In this document: piece after piece, positions 26,557-42,000 of the stretch
Numbering within the stretch: position 1 is the stretch's first letter
Layout of the letters: every line of letters begins with the position of its first letter
Position numbers and translations under genes: made by a program
Notes under the pieces: model-generated
Databases searched by the model: none
What the model was told of the DNA's origin: nothing
The model's input: the letters and a program-made list of their open reading frames with translations, nothing else
NCBI GenBank assembly: GCA_951406725.2
Contig: OX597822.1
Coordinates: 32,240,001 to 32,304,000, forward strand
DNA: 64,000 nt
DNA from: Octopus vulgaris
Lineage: Eukaryota
Direction: 5' to 3'

Positions 26557-26635
<79 letters not shown>

Positions 26636-26648
26636 TTCATTCCACATA

Positions 26649-27045
26649 GGCGTTGGAGTGGCTCTGTGGTAAGTAGCTTGCTTACCAGCCACATGGTTCC
26701 GGGTTCAGTCTCAATGTGTGGCACCTTGGGCTAGTGTCTTCTACTATAGCCTCGGTCCGACTAAACCCTTGTGAGTGGATTTGGTAGACGGAAACTGAAA
26801 GAAGCCCGTCGTATATATCTATATATGTATGTGTGTGTATCTGTTTGTGTGTCTGTGTTTGTCCCCCCAACATTGCTTCACAATCGATGCTGGTCTGTTT
26901 ACGTCCCCCTAACTTAGCGGTTCGGCAAATGAGACCGATAGAATAAGTACTAGGCTTACAAAGAATAAGTCTTCGGCTCGACATGCTCGACTAAAAAGTG
27001 GTGCTCCAGCATGGTCAAGTCAAAGGACTGAAAATAGTAAAGAGT
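26649..27045 (+). mobile_element. SINE family A, full length
   Basis: Same head, body and tail as 1163-1562. Confidence 0.9.
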
Positions 27046-27058
27046 ATACGCAAACACA

Positions 27059-27891
27059 CAGAGGTTGCGGTAAATTAATTGTTCTCTAAATAACGCAAAT
27101 ATTAAAATAAACCTGACATCTCATTTTAACAGATATATTTACCAGAATTACATCAAAATATCTTGATTTATTCAATAAAATCGCAGTTGGTTTCAACCAC
27201 GGCCTTTAGTTGACTTCGAAATCTCCTTCAACTCTTCAGGGCTGTCTCCTTGTTTAAGTTGGTGAATGTTGCCACAATCCTTGCCTCCAGTTCATCTTTG
27301 GTGTTACAGGGAGTTTTGTTAGTCTGTCGTTCATCTGCATCCGACACAATAATCAAGGGGTTTGCAGTCTGGAGAGTTAGGTAGACAGATTTTAAGGATG
27401 ATGTGGACGCGGAAATTGTCTGACATCCATGACTGGGATTTCCTGCTTGTGTGGCATGGTGCAGGATCCTGTTGCCAGACATAGGGCCCTCCAGCAACTA
27501 CCAACTTGATCCAGGAAATTGATGTAGGCCTCCGTGTTGAGTCTAAGAGCGCACGGATAGATGGATGGTAGCATAACGTCGCCCTCACAAGTGATCACGC
27601 CAAACACTGGATGTTTGATTTTTTTTGGTACATGTTCTCAGATTGCACTGTCTTCAGAATTACACCCAAACACTGAAATGTTTGAATTGGAGCTTCCGAT
27701 GCAAATGTCAAACAGTACAGCATATCGTTTCAAAATTTCTGGCAAAGTGAATTGCGTCATGGTGCTGTTTTTCTCACAGACGGTGCCCAATGGACCCCAC
27801 TATACTGTGTAGTCCACAAAATCAAAAACAATCAATGCGCATGCACGAAATAAAAAATATTAAATGGCGACAATTTACCCATCGCATCCTG
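27059..27891 (-). mobile_element. Internally deleted Tc1/mariner (DD37D/maT-like) transposon
   Basis: YVWQQDPAPCHTSRKSQSW and PNSPDCKPLDY motifs. Terminal TA|CAGGATGCGATGGGTAAATTGTC with a degenerate counterpart at ~27059. Confidence 0.8.
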
Positions 27892-27973
27892 TATATGTCT
27901 GTCTGTCTGTCTCTCTGTATGTATGCATGTACGTATCTATCTATCTATCTATCTATCTATATATCTAAATATA

Positions 27974-28085
<112 letters not shown>

Positions 28086-31000
28086 TATACATATATATCA
28101 ACATTCATATCTGTATATAAACACACAAGCACAAACATAATCTCATGCACAAATGCACAGTTATCTTATATATTACTCAAACGACATCATTGGTCTTTTC
28201 TTTATGAACCAGCCAACATGCAATTAGACGACAGAAGAAACAGAATATACGCTTTTCTCTACCCAACTAAATTCTGCATAACTACAAAAATCGAGTACTA
28301 ACGAAGCTACTCGTACGTTACAAAGACCGATGCAGCGAAGTCACTTTGGCAAATTTTGTACGAAAGCTTCTTAGAGTGACGGTATCTACACGTTTTTCGA
28401 AGAGACAGTGCTCCATACAATGTTGACAAATACCGAAACAAAATGATGTATGTGGTAGGCAGCTTGATATCAACAGACAGCAGCAGAGATAATGGGCATA
28501 TAGTATTATAAAGACACTGAAAAAAAATAGAATCAAATGATGAAAAAATAGAGAAAATGACAGAAAAACACGAAAAACAGAAAAAAGTTTGATTGCATTA
28601 ATTTGCCACTCTGCTGTTAGCATAAAGAAAAAAATAATTAAGGAGCTGCCTAATGAAGTTTGATCTTTCTATTCGAAGATCTTTCCATCGGACAATTGAA
28701 GAACAGCAAGAGCAATAACAAATGAAATCATCCCGTTTTAGACACAATTCAAGAAAAATGGAGAAGGAATCTCTTGACAGAACCCGTTCATCATATTTAT
28801 CAATCAAAGTAGTTTCTAAATTAACTTGCCATTGTAGTGAAGTATTTTTGGTTGTTTGTATTAACCTCAAGCATGACCATTAGGTCACTTTAAAGCCAAA
28901 CAATTAAACGAAAGGAGGGATGTAAAATGCCACACAACCGTTCTCATTATATGCATATTGAATGCAGCAAATAGAAGATGGCAGTTAAAAATTTGATGAA
29001 AGATTTCAATGAAATGGTATGAGATGGAAATAAAAGAATTTATAAAAAGTCTGACGGCAATAACTAGTTTATAATGGGATGGCTATAAAGGAGCTAATAA
29101 AATGAAGGGACGATAAAAAATATTGATAAAAATTTTAAAGTGAAAGAGAGAGACACTATTATAAAATGTACGTGATAACCTTGGATTTTAAAAATATCAA
29201 TATCATATCCAGATGAAAATAAAGTTTTCAATTCAGTCCACAATTTAAGATGCACTAAACAATAAAACAACACCGATTAGTAAATGAAACTGCAACTTCT
29301 ATAGAATTGCAAGTTCTGGAAACTGAATTCCAAAACAGAAAAGTTTTGACTAAAATACTTGGAATGAAACTCAACAAATTGAATGTAAGAAACGCTTGTT
29401 ATCTCCAGCAATAATCACGGAAAGTATTGATCATATCACACTACACATTCACTTGTTTGAGATTTTCAAAAGTATATAAACATATATGGTGGAAATCACC
29501 CAAAGATGTGTGGAGTATTCCAATTTAGGTCCAATGTAAGACTTGTCAATTTACAAAGAGATTCATGCGTTAGAAATTCATTTAAGCACTGTATTGTAAA
29601 ATGCGCACTGCATTATAGCTGCAGATCTAATAATAGTTGTAATACAGGAGATTCATGAAGCAGGTATAAATTTGAGAGTTAAGAGCCTACACAAATAAGG
29701 GAACTATTTTCCAGTCAATTGACATAGGTGTAAAATTAGGAATTTTGTTGTTGTGGTTGAAAAAGTACACGATAGTTCGCGGAAGTATTAAGTATACATT
29801 GCCTTTTGTTGTCTTACTGCTCGATTCTGTTTAGGTCATCCGTAATATCCCGTGCTACGTCCCAAATATGTGATGAACGAAAGATATACTAGTATAGTAA
29901 TATTTTCCACGAAATTGTACCTGTAAAAATTGTACTAAAAGAAACAAATGAATAACACTAATCCAAGCTAACATAATATAAATAAATAACACTAATCTAA
30001 ACTAATGCAAATTCCTTGAGGCAACACAAACTCACATTGCTTCAGAAAAGAGAACTAGACATAGAAATATATTTTATGCCGCTGAGCGAGATGACTACAT
30101 TTCTTAATTTGATAATCAGTCCAGGGAAGCATTTGCAACATTTTGCCATGGACAACAAGAGAACCTTCACACTAATCAGATGTAGACAAATGTTAAAAGT
30201 CTAACACATTTTTCAAAAATGTTTTAAATTGCAACACGGGTATATCTAAGGGTTTTTCTAATTTCGGCACAAGCAACAGCGTCTTCTATCTCATTTGGTT
30301 TTAAGAGACGTTCTCCATATTTTACCTGAATTATATCTCATGGCCATTAGTTTTCAAGGAAACAACGCTCGCAAAATATTTCTAATCAACAAACCGCAGA
30401 AAGACGATGGTCAATGCAATTGTGTGTATGTGCGTGTATGTCCATGTGCTAATGAGTGTGTCCGTGTAACTGCGGGGGGGGGGGGGGGTTATGCGCGTGT
30501 TTTAGTAACTCAAATATACTTCTGGTTGCTGCTAGCTGAGAAGAGGTGAATAATAAATTTGAACACAACAATGTGTAGAAGTAAATGTTTAGCCATTTGA
30601 ACATAGAAAGTATTGTCGGTGATCTGTTTACGAGAGCTACTGTTAATATTATATTAATGTATTTCTAATATTTGTGACGTAATGCTACGGGAAATATACA
30701 ACTTAACTAAGGTAGTTTGAAACTTATTCTTTCATATCAGGGGAAATATCAGCCAGTAAATTAAACACAACTAATATCTTCAATATCTTCCCAAAAATAT
30801 ATTTTTAGTGCATCTTGATTGTTTCATGCTGAAATTCTGCGAAATCTTTCCATTTTATATATTACACTTATGGGAAACGTTCATTGAAAAACGTTAATAT
30901 CTTCTAGCAGTATTATCGCCGAAGAGAAAAAAAGTTGTTATTAATGTAATTTTTAAATGTTTGAAAATGTATAGATATAATCGCTATAAATGTTTTTCAA

Positions 31001-31226
31001 TATATCTCAGCCATCAATATTACCCACTATTTGTATTCATAGCTCTGCTGAGATTAATATCAGAGCTAAATCTTTATGTAATAATTAGTGTAAACCACTC
31101 CCGCGTTCTCGTCCCATGCAGCAAGTAAAAAGTAGCTAACGGTATTATCCGTTATCCTAAATTCAAATATCAGTTCCCAGGTTCGTATCCATTTTATCGA
31201 TTACCTACTGCGAAATTTTAAATAGA

Positions 31227-31616
31227 TCTATATATATAAAGCTGAAGTTGTCTGTGTGTGGCAGGTTTGGTAGCCTTCAACTAACACTATCTCCTCCGAG
31301 ACCCTGCGGTGCAAGTTGACCAAAATTGAGAGAATGATAGAAGAAGGCTTTTTCCTTATTACGTAGAAGATAAAATTCAAATCGGACCATGTTATCACCA
31401 AAAATTATTTACATCAAAAAGGTACTTTTTTTCTATGAAAATCCCTATCTTTTACGATTTTTTGACTGCTGTGTCGCCATGTTTCGGTGTATTTCAACCA
31501 GAAAAATGTTCACTTAAAGAGAATAACAAGCTACATAATGCAAAAGTTTTACTTTTCAAAAATTCCAATTCTAAAGGGTCGAAACAAACCCGAGCAACGC
31601 CGGGCGATACTGCTTG
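31227..31616 (+). mobile_element. Non-autonomous Helitron
   Basis: A|TCTATATATATAAAG 5' end, subterminal hairpin cccgagcaacgccggg, and 3' CTTG|T (CTAG variant). Confidence 0.8.
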
Positions 31617-32092
31617 TAGTTGATAAAAATAAATTATCTAATATCGATATTATGCAAGTCAGTTAAATAATACTATACTAAAACATTAGCAGCAACACAA
31701 AAGCGGGATTAAATTATTCGCTAAATATTTTTATATAAATTTTAAGCATGAGTTTGATTTGTAAATTAGTTTCTACGTCTATAAAAGCCAACAAATAGAA
31801 CAAATATTATTAATGTAGCATTAAGACAATATTAAATTAGTGAATTTGTTTAATGATAAACATTTATTTCGAAGCCGTAATGATATATTTGATCGACTTA
31901 ATGCGAGTATGCAATTAGTTCTTTAAACACAAATTAATAAACAAAAGAACAATGAACTTCAAAACAAAGATGGCGTAATATTTGTCCGTTTGTACACCGC
32001 CTACATAATATCACTTCCTCTTGTTATGTAATTATTAATGTCTTCGCCGTAAATATCGTGAGGTGAGAAATGATATTATTAACGAAATACAT

Positions 32093-32231
32093 TCCGCTGA
32101 GGTCGACTTTGCCTTTCATCCTATCGAGGTCGATAAATAAAGTCCCAGTTACGTACTGTGTTCGATGTAATCGAGTGGTCCCCGCCATCAAAATTTCAGG
32201 CCTTGTGCCTATAGCAGAAAGGATTATTAAC
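32093..32231 (+). mobile_element. 5'-truncated SINE family B (alternative tail)
   Basis: gaggtcgactttgcctttcatcc core, tail aaaatttcaggccttgtgcctatagcagaaagg. Confidence 0.8.
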
Positions 32232-33009
32232 AAAATACACTTATCTATCTTTATTACTCAATATGATTTTAAGAAAAAACGTTGTCCTCTCTAGGAATTG
32301 AACTCATTTGTTATAACGTTCACAATTCCAAACTGCTGTGATTATTCAACGTCTTCATACGACGATCACTCCAACGGTTAGTTCCTTTCAGTTATACCAT
32401 TTACTGTTGGTATATCATATTTGAAAGCATGAACTTTTAATAGATAATTTATTCCTTACGTTGAAATGCTACGTTGATTTTCCAAACATCGCATTGGCAA
32501 ACGGCGACACTATTCTCTCCAGCTTCATTGTAATAATTATGACGTAGACAAAAGAGGGTCTAACTATGATGTTATTATTAGAACATTTCGTTGCGTATTA
32601 GGCTATTCGTTTCCTTTTGCTTCGCCCTTTAGAAACTAGCAATATAAACACAGATTTGCGTTTTGTTATATTCAGTTACAACATCAATTTTTCGACATAT
32701 TATTGACTATATACGCGCTTTTGTGATAGGTTTCTGTGACCTGCGATAACCTTTTAAAATTTTGTATTATCTTTGGTTATTACTACATGGATAATGAATG
32801 ATTTTTCAATTGTATTCAGCCTTTTGATGAATCATAGAATATTTAAAATGCTTTATATTTAGTTTCAACATCAGCTAACTGAAATAGTTGACTCAATCTT
32901 TTCTTCATGTCATTTAATTGTTTTGCGTATATACGAAGCTGAATGACATCATATCCTATATTAGTTCAATGCCGTAACATAACTTGTAATGTTCTGTTAG
33001 TTAAGCGTT

Positions 33010-33393
33010 TATTCTTTTATTATTTTACTTGTTTCAGTCATTTTGACTGCGGCCATGCTGGAGCACCGCCCTTAGTCGAACAAATCGACCTCAGGACTTA
33101 TTCTTTGTAAGCCTAGTGCTTATTCAATCGGTCTCTTTTCTCGAACCGCTAAGTTACGGGGACGTAAAGACACCAGCATCTATTTGTCAAGCGATAGTAG
33201 GGATCAAAAATAGATACACACACACATATATAGGTACAGTGGGCTTCTTTCAGTTTCCGTCTACCAAATCCATTCACCAGGCTTTGGTCGGCCCGCTGCT
33301 ATAATAGAAGACACTTGCCCAAGATTCCACGCAGTAGAACTGAACCCGGAATCATGTGGTTGAGAAGCAAGCTTCTTACCACACAGCCACTCC
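33010..33393 (-). mobile_element. SINE family A
   Basis: Homologous to 1163-1562. Confidence 0.9.
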
Positions 33394-35909
33394 TTGTTTC
33401 AGCTGAAGGGGATAACCAAATAATAATGAATATCCATTTATAATTTTTTGTAAATATCTTTATTGTAATGCAAATAATGATTCAGTCGAGGATATCATGG
33501 TAGATTCTCTTATTTCGAAGACAAAGCATTATGTTAAACCGCTAAAATGTCGATGTAAATTATGGATATCATATGCTGATAAACGTTATATGAAATATAT
33601 ATTAATAATTTAGTGTTTGTAATATGAGTTAATGACACAGCCATTCTTATTTATGAAACAATCATGAGAAGATATGTTAGAGAAGCAATTAACTAGATTA
33701 AATCATTATACAATGATAGGTAAGAAATACAAATAGATTTAAGTTTACTATGTGTAGGAAGCTATACGTTCAATAAGAAAATGATTGAAACGTTGTAAAA
33801 CTTGTAGGAGCGCGTATATATGTCTATTTTATGTTTATGCGCTGCTTCAAGGCAGGAACACCCACGACATTCATGTATGTGTGAATGAATGTGTGTGTAT
33901 GCTTGCAAGGATTAATGTCTAACGTCATGAATATAAGAATATGCATGAGGAAGTAGGATGGTTTGGAGAAAACAAAATTCATTTTGGTAGCGCTAAACAG
34001 ATTTCATTTATTCTGAAATCATAGTAACATAATGCAAATGTCGTGGATTGCTTGATTATTATTAAATAAAAGAAATCGTAATTTGTTGGCGGTATGAAAT
34101 ACTTAATATTTTAGGTCTTCATTTAGTGTGTATTATATCTTCAACTAATTCATAATTCTATTAAACAAACACCAGTTTTATAACTGTAGTTATCTTCATT
34201 TAAATATTCCGTTTCTTTATCTGTAAACATATTCAATAGCAATAGCTCTGAAACGGATAGTTTCAGTGTTTATGAATATCTTTCCTGATATTCAGTTTCT
34301 TGTAGCAAATAACAAGTTAGTCCGAACAGTATATTTTTGTCTTTCACTTTATTAAGAGGATTTCGAAGCATTAGCACCACGATAGCTATCATCATAAACT
34401 CAACAAATGATTAAACCATATAACTATTTCTATTATCTTTAACACCATCATAACAATAATTACTCTTCACCCTCGACCCATATCAAACACTAATATTGGC
34501 TTTGTTCCTATCACCACGCAATACTAGATGGAAATACTAAATTTTATGTAGGAACAAACCTATTCTTTTGTATCAAAATATTGGATTATGTTTCAGACTT
34601 GAAACAGAAATTAATATCTTAATGAAGCATAAAAATATTGATCTTTACAACAATGGCGCATGGTCAGAAATACTTAATGATGAGACATACTAAAATAAAC
34701 TGACGCCAGCTTTTTGCTATTAATTATTTCATCAATCCTGGGTGAGAAAAAAATGATGTTGTCACAATAGGTATCTGATCTCAATTCAAAGAGCTCAATT
34801 TAATAGCCTTTATTATATCGAAATTTCAATACACTTAGTGGACTTCAGAACATAAAGAAAATCAAGTAATTAGATTAACTGCTACAGTGGTATCAGTTCC
34901 TTGTAGAAGGGTCCTTTCATTTCAGACATTCACAATCCACTTGTTATTTACTGTCCAAACATCATACGTTGTACTGTCCACTTATAAAGTCCTTCACTTA
35001 GAGAACATCGGCCATCCGGAATTCCTTGATTTCTCCATGATATTTATGCAGCTTTTATCTCGCAGCAATTCAAGAGAGATCATAAGCTTGCCTATTTCAT
35101 CAATAACTGAGATCAAGTAAAGTCTGTGAATACATTCCCATATCACAGAGAAAAAAAACTCAAATTAAACAATGTTCTCTTAATTCTATACAAATAAATG
35201 TCATTAAACTGCATTGGACTTCATACATTAATTCACACTTGTCTCAAAATTATTATAAATAGTTAACGCATAAACATATACTACAGTACCATGACCATTT
35301 CCAGTTTACAGGAAATTGCAATTTCAACACCTATCACATCAAAAATATCATGCCTATTATATGAAATGCTATCACCAGTATAATCCAATACAAGATATAT
35401 ATTTTATTGTTTGGAAGCTATTATTTTCTCATAAAATAGTTGGCTTTCTAATTAATAAAATATCTCAATGATATTCCATTCACGCTATAGCATCAAAATT
35501 GGTGAAAAATATAAGGAAAAATAAAAACATCACTGCATAGCATAGATCCACCCAGATCGACCATAGGGTAGATCATACTGCTTTTCAAGGCATACCATTA
35601 ACTAAGAGTAGTTCAAATTCACAACGCAATAGCGTATCAGCGCATGATTTCGGGGAGATTTGGCTGCTATTTCGAGGAGATTGAAGAAGTATTTAGAAAG
35701 TTCTTCTTTAGACCTGTAAAGTGGGTAAGTTCGATGAGGGACAATATCCCTCATCCAACATGTCCAGTGGTTCGCATACGGTTAATATGTTGCTACGAGA
35801 CATCCCAGCCTAAAATCAAAACCTAAAGAAGTTATACACTTGCTGAATCATGTGTGCGTGTGTTTGTGTATTCATTTACTTACAGTTGAATATATATTCA
35901 TTTGTATGC

Positions 35910-35959
<50 letters not shown>

Positions 35960-36429
35960 TATAGGGTAAAGATTTGATATTAATTTTTACCAGTGGCCAG
36001 CGTAAGTAAAACTGCCGGTAGACTTCAAATATTAATATATAAACTCTTGTACAGACATACAGACATATATAATGATAATAATAAGTGGATGTAAACACAT
36101 GAACAAAATAAGAATAAACAAAAACAACAAAAACAAAATACAAAATACAAATTACATGAACATATATAAACAGAAGATAAAAATATTACAGGCATCCGCC
36201 CACATACACACATTAAATAAACATAGATGCACATAGAGATATACGCATGCGCAAATGAAGACATACAATAGAATAGAAATACAAAATGGCTGACGGTTAG
36301 TAAGGAGAGACACAAATAAGAAAGGAGAAAACAAAGGGCCACTGATGCGGTCACAGGAGTGTGACGAAAGCACTCTGGCCGAAATAAGATTAAGATTAAT
36401 GTAAAACATAGATAACACTGAAGCAAAAT

Positions 36430-36975
<546 letters not shown>

Positions 36976-38529
36976 GATTAGCTCGTTTATATTTCTTGTT
37001 ATTTTTATCTTACATCCATTGTCTAAAAATATTTCATCACGCCTGTGACCTATCCTTCCCTTGTGCCTCCACCTGTTCCATTTAGCTCATTGTGTCTTTC
37101 CATGCGAATGCGTTTGCTTCTGTATTTGTACGTGCGTGTGTGTGCGTGTGTGTGTGTGCGCGCGTGTGTTCGCACGCGCGCGTGTGTATGCGTGTCTATG
37201 TATTTTCTGCGTGAGTTTCGTGTGTGTGCAGGTGGGGTTGCTTACTTTATTGTGTGTATCCCAGCTCTTAATAAAAGTTTTCTTTCATTTACTTATTTAT
37301 CTCTAATTCTTGTATTTCATCATAAGTATGTGTATGTGTGCCTTTCATGTGTGGTAGTGGGGGGTTTAGGTATTATACTACTTGTATCTATAACTTTCTT
37401 TTCTCCTGTCTGTAGTGGTTCTGTTGCATGTTATGGTATTTTCTGTTGCGGTTCGGTCTGCTTATTACTATGTATGTGGCCTCTGTAATCGGAGATTCGT
37501 GTCTATTCAATGCGTTGATAATACCTTACCCTCTACGCTATTAACCGAGTCTAATTGAGCATATTGGTAGAGCACTGACAAGCTTTTCTCCTCTTTGAGC
37601 TACCGATAGTGTTCGCCTATACTCACCCCTCTTCTACGTGCCATGTCCTCAATGTTAGTTGTCTTGTTTCTGCACCGTTCCTCGGTTTATCGTTAGCTGT
37701 TGACTACATTCGTAACCTTACATTTTACCCGTGGGTTCATCTTACATACAATATAATTGTTCTCCGTACATGCTCTAACAACATGCAATTAGATTATAGA
37801 GGCTCGTTTAATAATCTAGAGGTTAAACTCATAGAACAGACACGACACTTGGGCAATTACAGAGGCCATAAACATAGTAATAGACAGGCCGATCCACAAC
37901 AAAAATATGAATGAAACATTTACACCCCCAACATCACACTATGCTAAACGACGATCAAAGACGGGAAAGAACGACAAATGCAAACAGTATATGTAACCTC
38001 CACACACACACAATCACACAAAACACATATACACATACTTGTGGTAATATATAGGGATAGAGATAAAAAGTAAATAAATTGAAGAACATAAAACTATATA
38101 GTAAACAAACTCGTATGCACACAAAACAATAACACACACATGTGCAAGACAAATGTACACACGTACACACACATACACACGGTCGCAAACGCCCGTGCAG
38201 ATAAGGATACATACCATAGAGAGATAAAATTGATTTAAAAGAATGGAGAGGAGACACGTGAGATGGAAGAGTTGCTGAAGAGGTGACAGGTGAGATGAAA
38301 GATTTCCAGACAATGGACATAAGATAAAATAAGAACCAAAATAAACCAGGAAAGAATGAATGTATATCGCGTGTGTTTATTTGACATGAAAAAAAGTTAC
38401 AGTCCTGACATATAACAATATATGCACATGTGTATGTGTGTGCGTGCATATATATATATGTATATACATATAAATATATATATACATATAGCTATAGATA
38501 TAGATAGTTAGATAGATAGATAGACAAAC

Positions 38530-38560
<31 letters not shown>

Positions 38561-38607
38561 AAGAAAGATAGATAGATAAGTAGATAGATAGATAGATACA
38601 TAGATAC

Positions 38608-38660
<53 letters not shown>

Positions 38661-39049
38661 TAGATACATACATACATACATATATAGATATAAATACATA
38701 CACAGGCACAAGCATATAAACGCACACAAACACACAGAGGCACGCATACACAGTTTCATACAATGTTTCATTCATACACAATGAAGAATTGTAAAATTTA
38801 CCAGTTTTCATTTGTCTGCGTTATTGAAAACTCATAGCTCAAATCTTTCAAAATGGTTCTTGAAGTAAACAAAGCCTGAGATTTCATTCTATTCGAAGCA
38901 ATAATAATATAAAAAAGACATTTGGCAATCCAAATAACGTTATAGTTACAATTTCTATCTAAATATGAATACACGAAGATATGTCAAGCAAGACTTTCTT
39001 TTTGATAAATCATTTAGAATGAAGATACATTGAAGTTTGATATCAATGC

Positions 39050-42000
39050 TGAGGTTCCTTCATGGAGATAACGACTAACCATGTACTCCCGCTCCTCTTA
39101 GTTATGGTGGGTTCGTCGGGGATTAAACCGAACCAATCTTAGTTTAGCTCGCAGAATGTTGAAGGAGGGTGTGAAGGCAACCATCAGAACGAAAGCAAGA
39201 TCTTTTCAAATGAGGGCAAGGAGCGCTGTACTTGTCTCTCACCACACCAAATTTAAACCCCAACGGTGGATCAAACAGAGAAAGCTTGTTGCCCGAAATC
39301 AACGATTAGTCCCAGTAGAAGACGACGATGCCAGACGGACTGGCTAGAAAGGCGCAACCTCAATGACATTTGAGCTAGCAGCATTCCGTTGCAACACATC
39401 TTCCGGACTTCGCCTCTCCGGTAGTGCAGCGGCAGGAGGATTTGGGGCCATAGTGCGTGGGGAGCCCTTGGTAAAGAGGTCTCCACCTTAACCACGCTCA
39501 CACCATTGGCTGATTTCTTTTTGATCCAACCCTTCCGTCCCCTGTTTTTGTTAAAAAAGCCCAACGGCAATTATATAAGGGCTGTTGGAGAAGGTTTTCT
39601 TGAAACTAGTAGCTCTTAGTTCAGATCTGTACGTTGGCGACACGTGCAAGATTTTCGTCTTCCCGGAATTTGGTGAGAACCCAGGGTCTCGGTGCTACAT
39701 CTGTGACCTGGCTAGCCTATATTGGAACACCGCTGCTTACCCTGAATGGAGAAGGCCCTAGAAAAGGAGGGTTAAATATCGGATGTTACCACAGAATCCT
39801 GGCTTGTGGGCTGGATCCAGCGGGAAGCCCATTCAATCGGACGAACAACGGCAGAAATTAAAGTAAATTAATTAAATTGAATATTGAAAGTGCGAACGCC
39901 CCTGGATCCTCAAAACGCAGAGAAACCAGAACGCAGAATAACTCTTGTCTCCAAAGAGCTAGCGAGATTTATCATCGGCATTGCTGCCCTCAATGTAAAA
40001 AGATCTATCTGGAGAAGGAGATACTGGAGAGATATGTTTGGGTTAAACCTTCTTCTGGAAAGGGGACGAAGACGGAGGGAGAACAATTCACGGAGTTGCC
40101 TTTGCTGTAAAATCCAAACTTTTGAAAGAACATCTGAAACCCTCTGCCATCAATGAACGGCTTGTGACTCACCAAATACCTATCTCTGCAACCACCTTTA
40201 TGACACTGATCTCTGCTTAGTCACGTACACTTGATACCAATGACAATGAGAAAAACACCTACCAACAGCTGAGTGACCTGACCCCAATGTACCACCAAAT
40301 GACAAACTCCTCCTCATCCTCTGGAAGTTCAATGCAAGAGTGGGGTGAGAGAACAGACTATGGAAGAATATTATCAATATAGAAAGAGAAAGAAACTGCA
40401 ATGAAAATGGTCTTTTACTCATTGGGATGTCCATTGAGCACGCTCTTAATCCCCAACAACCAATTTCGACTCCCAAATCGCTTCCACACTATCTGGAAGC
40501 ACCTCAGGTCGAAACACTGGCACCCCTTGGACCACTCCATCACCCGGCAAAAACTGTGACAGATCATCCATGTCCACTATGACAGATCATGCGGCGCCGA
40601 CGATTGCTGCATAGATCAATCTTTAGTTATCACCCGCCTTCCAATAATGGTTAACAACAAACCAGAAACTGGAAAAACAAAACCAGTCAGAAGAAAATTT
40701 GACATAGTGAAGCTTAACAACCGGGAGCTCAGCTCCCTTTATGCATCTTCTATTCTCAAACACCTGCAATCCATTACATCTGACGACCAGGATATGGACA
40801 AAGTATTGGAGCACACTTCAAAACCCATCACTGGAGTAGCTGAAAACACCATCGAGTACAGCAAAATGAGACATCAGGACTGGTTTGATGACTATGATCA
40901 AGGCATTAGCCAGCTGATAGATGCAAAACGGCAAGCCAGCCTCTCCAGTGTGCAAAATCCACGATCGTGACACAAGAAGGTGTGATATCAAAATCTCAAA
41001 AGACAATGCCAAACAAAATTGCGAGAGTTGCAGAACAAATGGTAGCAACAAAAACCTTTGAACTCCGGGGCTATGCTAATGCCCGCGACCTCAGACGCTT
41101 CTACGCAGGAACGATGGAACTTTTGGGGCCCATGAGATCATCAACAGGGTCTCTTCAATCAATAGTCTCCAACACCATCCTGACCTATGTGATATTCTTC
41201 AATGCTGCAGAAAGCACTTCTCGTGTCTTCTGAACTAAGATTCTAACGTTGAGGAAGATAACTTGAAGAACGTACCTATTCATCCAACTCGACATTTGAT
41301 GAACACGCCATTATCTTAAGAAGAATACTAGATTACCTTCAACTGCATGAAGCAGCAGAAGTCTCCTGGCCCAGACAACATCCCAGTGGAACTTCTAAAA
41401 CATGGTGGACTACTACTAAACACTAGTCTTTCCACTAATTCTCCGAATGTGGAAGAATCACCATGTTCCCAAAACCCTAAAAGATGCTATTATTATTATC
41501 ACCATCTTGATAAAAAGGAGATAGGAAGTTCTGTGGGAACTACCGTGATATCTCACTACTCTCCACAGCTGGGAAAATCTTTGCAAGGCTCCTTCTGGGT
41601 CGTCTCCAAATTATCGCTAAGGAAATCCTACCCGAATCACAATGTGGATTTCGACCATCTAGCGGAACAATTAAGATGACATTTTATTATCGATAACTAC
41701 AAGAAAGGAGCAGAGAACAACAAACACCTCTCAATTTTGTTTTATACGATATGGAAAAGTCCTTTGATACCGTCCCAAGGCCTGCAACGTGGGAGGTCAT
41801 CTGACGTTTCGGCTACCTCCATCAGTTCATGTCGCCACTTCAGGGATTACATTACGGGAATACTGGAACCATCTTCCATCAAAACCCACTGACTGAAGTC
41901 TTCCCCATCACTGGAAGATTAAAAGAAGGATGCGTTTTGGCCCCGACGCCCTTAACCCTGGACCTTGCAGCAATGTTTCATGAACTGCCTTCGGACAATC

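Noticed and set aside
34887-35120. ORF, or minus-strand Helitron Rep-like words (EIKEF.DGR, VNNKWIV)
   Set aside because: The matches are too short, out of the expected order, and interrupted by stops.
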